Shown in pieces: positions 62,421 to 64,000 of a DNA stretch of 64,000 nt. Below the pieces are notes generated by a model, which had not been told where the DNA came from, searched no databases, and saw nothing but the letters and a program-made list of their open reading frames with translations. Location: the NCBI GenBank assembly GCA_013287775.1, contig JABDDE010000002.1, forward strand, positions 11,988 through 75,987, read 5' to 3'. Source of the DNA: Chlamydiota bacterium. Lineage in GTDB: Bacteria; Chlamydiota; Chlamydiia; Chlamydiales; FEN-1388. Each line of letters begins with the position of its first letter. Position 1 is the first letter of the stretch. A program made the translations under genes and the position numbers.

Positions 62421-62460
62421 CGTCATGTGTCATTTTCCTTTCGGAAAATGGCACATGACG
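62421..62460. repeat. PAL-1 palindrome (subtype B variant)
   Basis: cgtcatgtgtcattttcc-tttc-ggaaaatggcacatgacg. Confidence 0.9.
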
Positions 62461-62503
62461 AAAATAGCGCGTGGATAATGTAAACGGAACATGGGAAAAA
62501 CAT

Positions 62504-62809
62504 ATGTTTGAATACACACAAATCATTGCCAATATTGTTATTGTCATCGCAACTGTAGCCTCGGGCTGTGCTTGGATGCTAAGCCGTCTCGATAAAAAAT
62601 TCGAGGCTACGGACAAAAAGTTCGAAGCAAGGTTTGAAGCTATGGACAGAAGGTTCGAGGCTGTAGACAAAAAGTTTGAAACAGTGCATAAAGATTTGGC
62701 CGAGATTAATGGTCGTCTTAGTGTTGTTGAAAACCGTCTTACTGCAGTAGAAACCATTCTAGCTATAATGGGAGCCCCTATTCGCAGTTTCAAAACCAAA
62801 GATACTTAA
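62504..62809 (+). CDS. membrane-anchored tandem-repeat coiled-coil protein (same architecture as 290-685)
   Basis: TM helix IIANIVIVIATVASGCAWML, repeats DKKFEA-TDKKFEARFEAMDRRFEAVDKKFETV, and a C-terminal NRLTAVETIL similar to NRMAHIEGVL in 290-685. Confidence 0.6.
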   Translation: MFEYTQIIANIVIVIATVASGCAWMLSRLDKKFEATDKKFEARFEAMDRRFEAVDKKFETVHKDLAEINGRLSVVENRLTAVETILAIMGAPIRSFKTKDT

Positions 62810-62869
62810 ATAACATCTTCATGCATCTTATTGTCAGAGCTTGCTCTGACAATAGGATGCATAGCATCT

Positions 62870-63442
62870 ATGCTACGCAGCGTCGAAGGCATTATTCTAA
62901 AAACAGCTTCTTTCGGAGAGGCATCACACATTATCACGCTTATTACCAAAGAGTGTGGCGTCGTATCTTTAGTTGCAAAAAAACACAACTGTAAGGGGAT
63001 GCCAAGCTACTCGCCGCTGATCAAAGTTGAGGCTGAGGTCATACAGAGTCATAAAGAGCTTTGGAAATGCGGCTCATTGCAGCTCATTGCTTCATACCAG
63101 AGGCTGCGCCTCGACCTCATGCGGCTCAAGATGGCATCCTTTCTTGCAAAGTTTCTTCTGGCAGTACTTGTGCCTCATGCTCCTGTTGAAAAACTCTATA
63201 CCTATTTTGATGACTGTTTAACGCTTCTTGCCGAGCGTGATAACCCTCACACTATCGTGTCAGCCTTTTTACTTAAATTGCTGCATGAAGAAGGGCAGTT
63301 GGCAAGCTCACTGTTCTTTTCTCAAGAAGAGCAGGCGCTGTGCCATTTCTTGGTACACACCCCCTTTCAAGAGCTCTGTGAACCATATTGCAGCGAGAAT
63401 TTTGCGAGGAAAGTTGCACGCTATATAACGCATCGTACTTGA
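62870..63442 (+). CDS. recO: DNA repair protein RecO
   Basis: MLRSVEGIILKTASFGEASHIITLITKECGVVSLVAKK is a typical RecO OB-fold N-terminus. The ORF-track start at 62831 lies inside a hairpin. Confidence 0.7.
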   Translation: MLRSVEGIILKTASFGEASHIITLITKECGVVSLVAKKHNCKGMPSYSPLIKVEAEVIQSHKELWKCGSLQLIASYQRLRLDLMRLKMASFLAKFLLAVLVPHAPVEKLYTYFDDCLTLLAERDNPHTIVSAFLLKLLHEEGQLASSLFFSQEEQALCHFLVHTPFQELCEPYCSENFARKVARYITHRT

Positions 63443-63488
63443 CATCCAATATATGTCGTGATATGTAAGGCGATAAAAAAGGCTATAT

Positions 63489-64000
63489 ATGCGTTGTGCT
63501 TGTTTACTGCTACTTTTCTTTTTATCATCCGCTGCATGGGCAGCGCCTGCCATCACTTCTGTAAGTCCTCATTCTGGGCCGACTGTTGGCGGTAATATGG
63601 TCACCATCACTGGAAGTGGCTTTACCGGCGCGACCAGTGTGCTGTTTGGGGAGGCGAGCGCAGCCTTTATCGTCAATAATGATAGCTCCATCTCAGCAAC
63701 AGCCCCTGCAAGCGTGCCTGGCGCTGTAAATATTACTGTCGCTGTTGGAGCTCAAACATCGCCAATCTCTCGTGCCGACATCTACACCTATACAGGAGAT
63801 TGGTTTGCCTATGTTGCCGTGACGGGAGCTAATTCTGTCAAACCAATTAACATACGAACAAACGTCGTAGGCAGTCCCATCCCGGTGGGTGCATCGCCAT
63901 TTGCTATCGCTGCTCAACCAGATACAAGGCTCGCTGTGACAGCAAACTTTTCAGGCGCTAACGCAAGTGTGATTAATCTCGTAACCAATACCGTTGCAGC
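63489..64000 (+). CDS. secreted IPT/TIG domain protein followed by beta-propeller-like repeats (3' end outside the window)
   Basis: ATG at 63489, signal peptide MRCACLLLLFFLSSAAWA, ITSVSPHSGPTVGGNMVTITGSGF..., then FAYVAVTGANSVKPINIRTN (YVTN-like). Open to nt 64000 and not in the ORF track. Confidence 0.65.
   Translation, partial: MRCACLLLLFFLSSAAWAAPAITSVSPHSGPTVGGNMVTITGSGFTGATSVLFGEASAAFIVNNDSSISATAPASVPGAVNITVAVGAQTSPISRADIYTYTGDWFAYVAVTGANSVKPINIRTNVVGSPIPVGASPFAIAAQPDTRLAVTANFSGANASVINLVTNTVA

Noticed and set aside
761-62460. PAL-1 palindromes as a CRISPR array or as canonical Rho-independent terminators
   Set aside because: The copies are dispersed over 62 kb with genes between them and have no regular spacing or spacers, so this is not CRISPR. 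No consistent U tract follows the stem in the direction of the upstream gene, and some copies have the T-run on the wrong side, so they are not classical intrinsic terminators.
62831-62852. Hairpin ttgtcagagc-tt-gctctgacaa as terminator of 62504-62809, and TTG 62831 as the recO start
   Set aside because: The loop is only 2 nt and there is no U tract, so terminator support is weak. The recO start is better placed at ATG 62870, which gives a canonical RecO N-terminus.

Overview
This is a 64-kb bacterial chromosomal window of moderate GC with about 60 protein genes and one tRNA-Arg(UCG). No rRNA, CRISPR array, transposase or integrase is visible. Housekeeping blocks include RNA-modification enzymes at 6.6-9.8 kb, a phhA-yhhQ-phhB cluster, a PiT/DUF47 phosphate module, recO and oxidoreductases. 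They are interleaved with accessory genes typical of host-associated or amoeba-associated bacteria, though the taxon cannot be determined from this window. The accessory set includes four collagen-like secreted proteins, Sel1-repeat and ankyrin-repeat proteins, IPT/TIG repeat proteins, lipase-like orphans and a secreted NTPDase/Ppx-like enzyme. It also includes several toxin-antitoxin or abortive-infection-type modules: HigBA-like, RelBE, an orphan RHH antitoxin, a decayed AbiE locus, a truncated Fic pair, an HTH-ImmA/IrrE plus PIN pair, and a nucleotidyltransferase plus wHTH pair. The most striking non-coding signals are three repeat families. The first is a 36-41 bp palindrome with 13 full and 2 half copies, lying next to stop codons and rearrangement breakpoints. 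The second is a palindromic repeat that reaches into gene 3' ends. The third is a modular, hairpin-dense MITE-like element with GGTGTCAACTTAA termini. Several accessory blocks are bounded by 100-150 bp direct repeats, and many genes there are truncated, frameshifted or chimeric. All functional calls come from reading motifs by eye; no database search was run.
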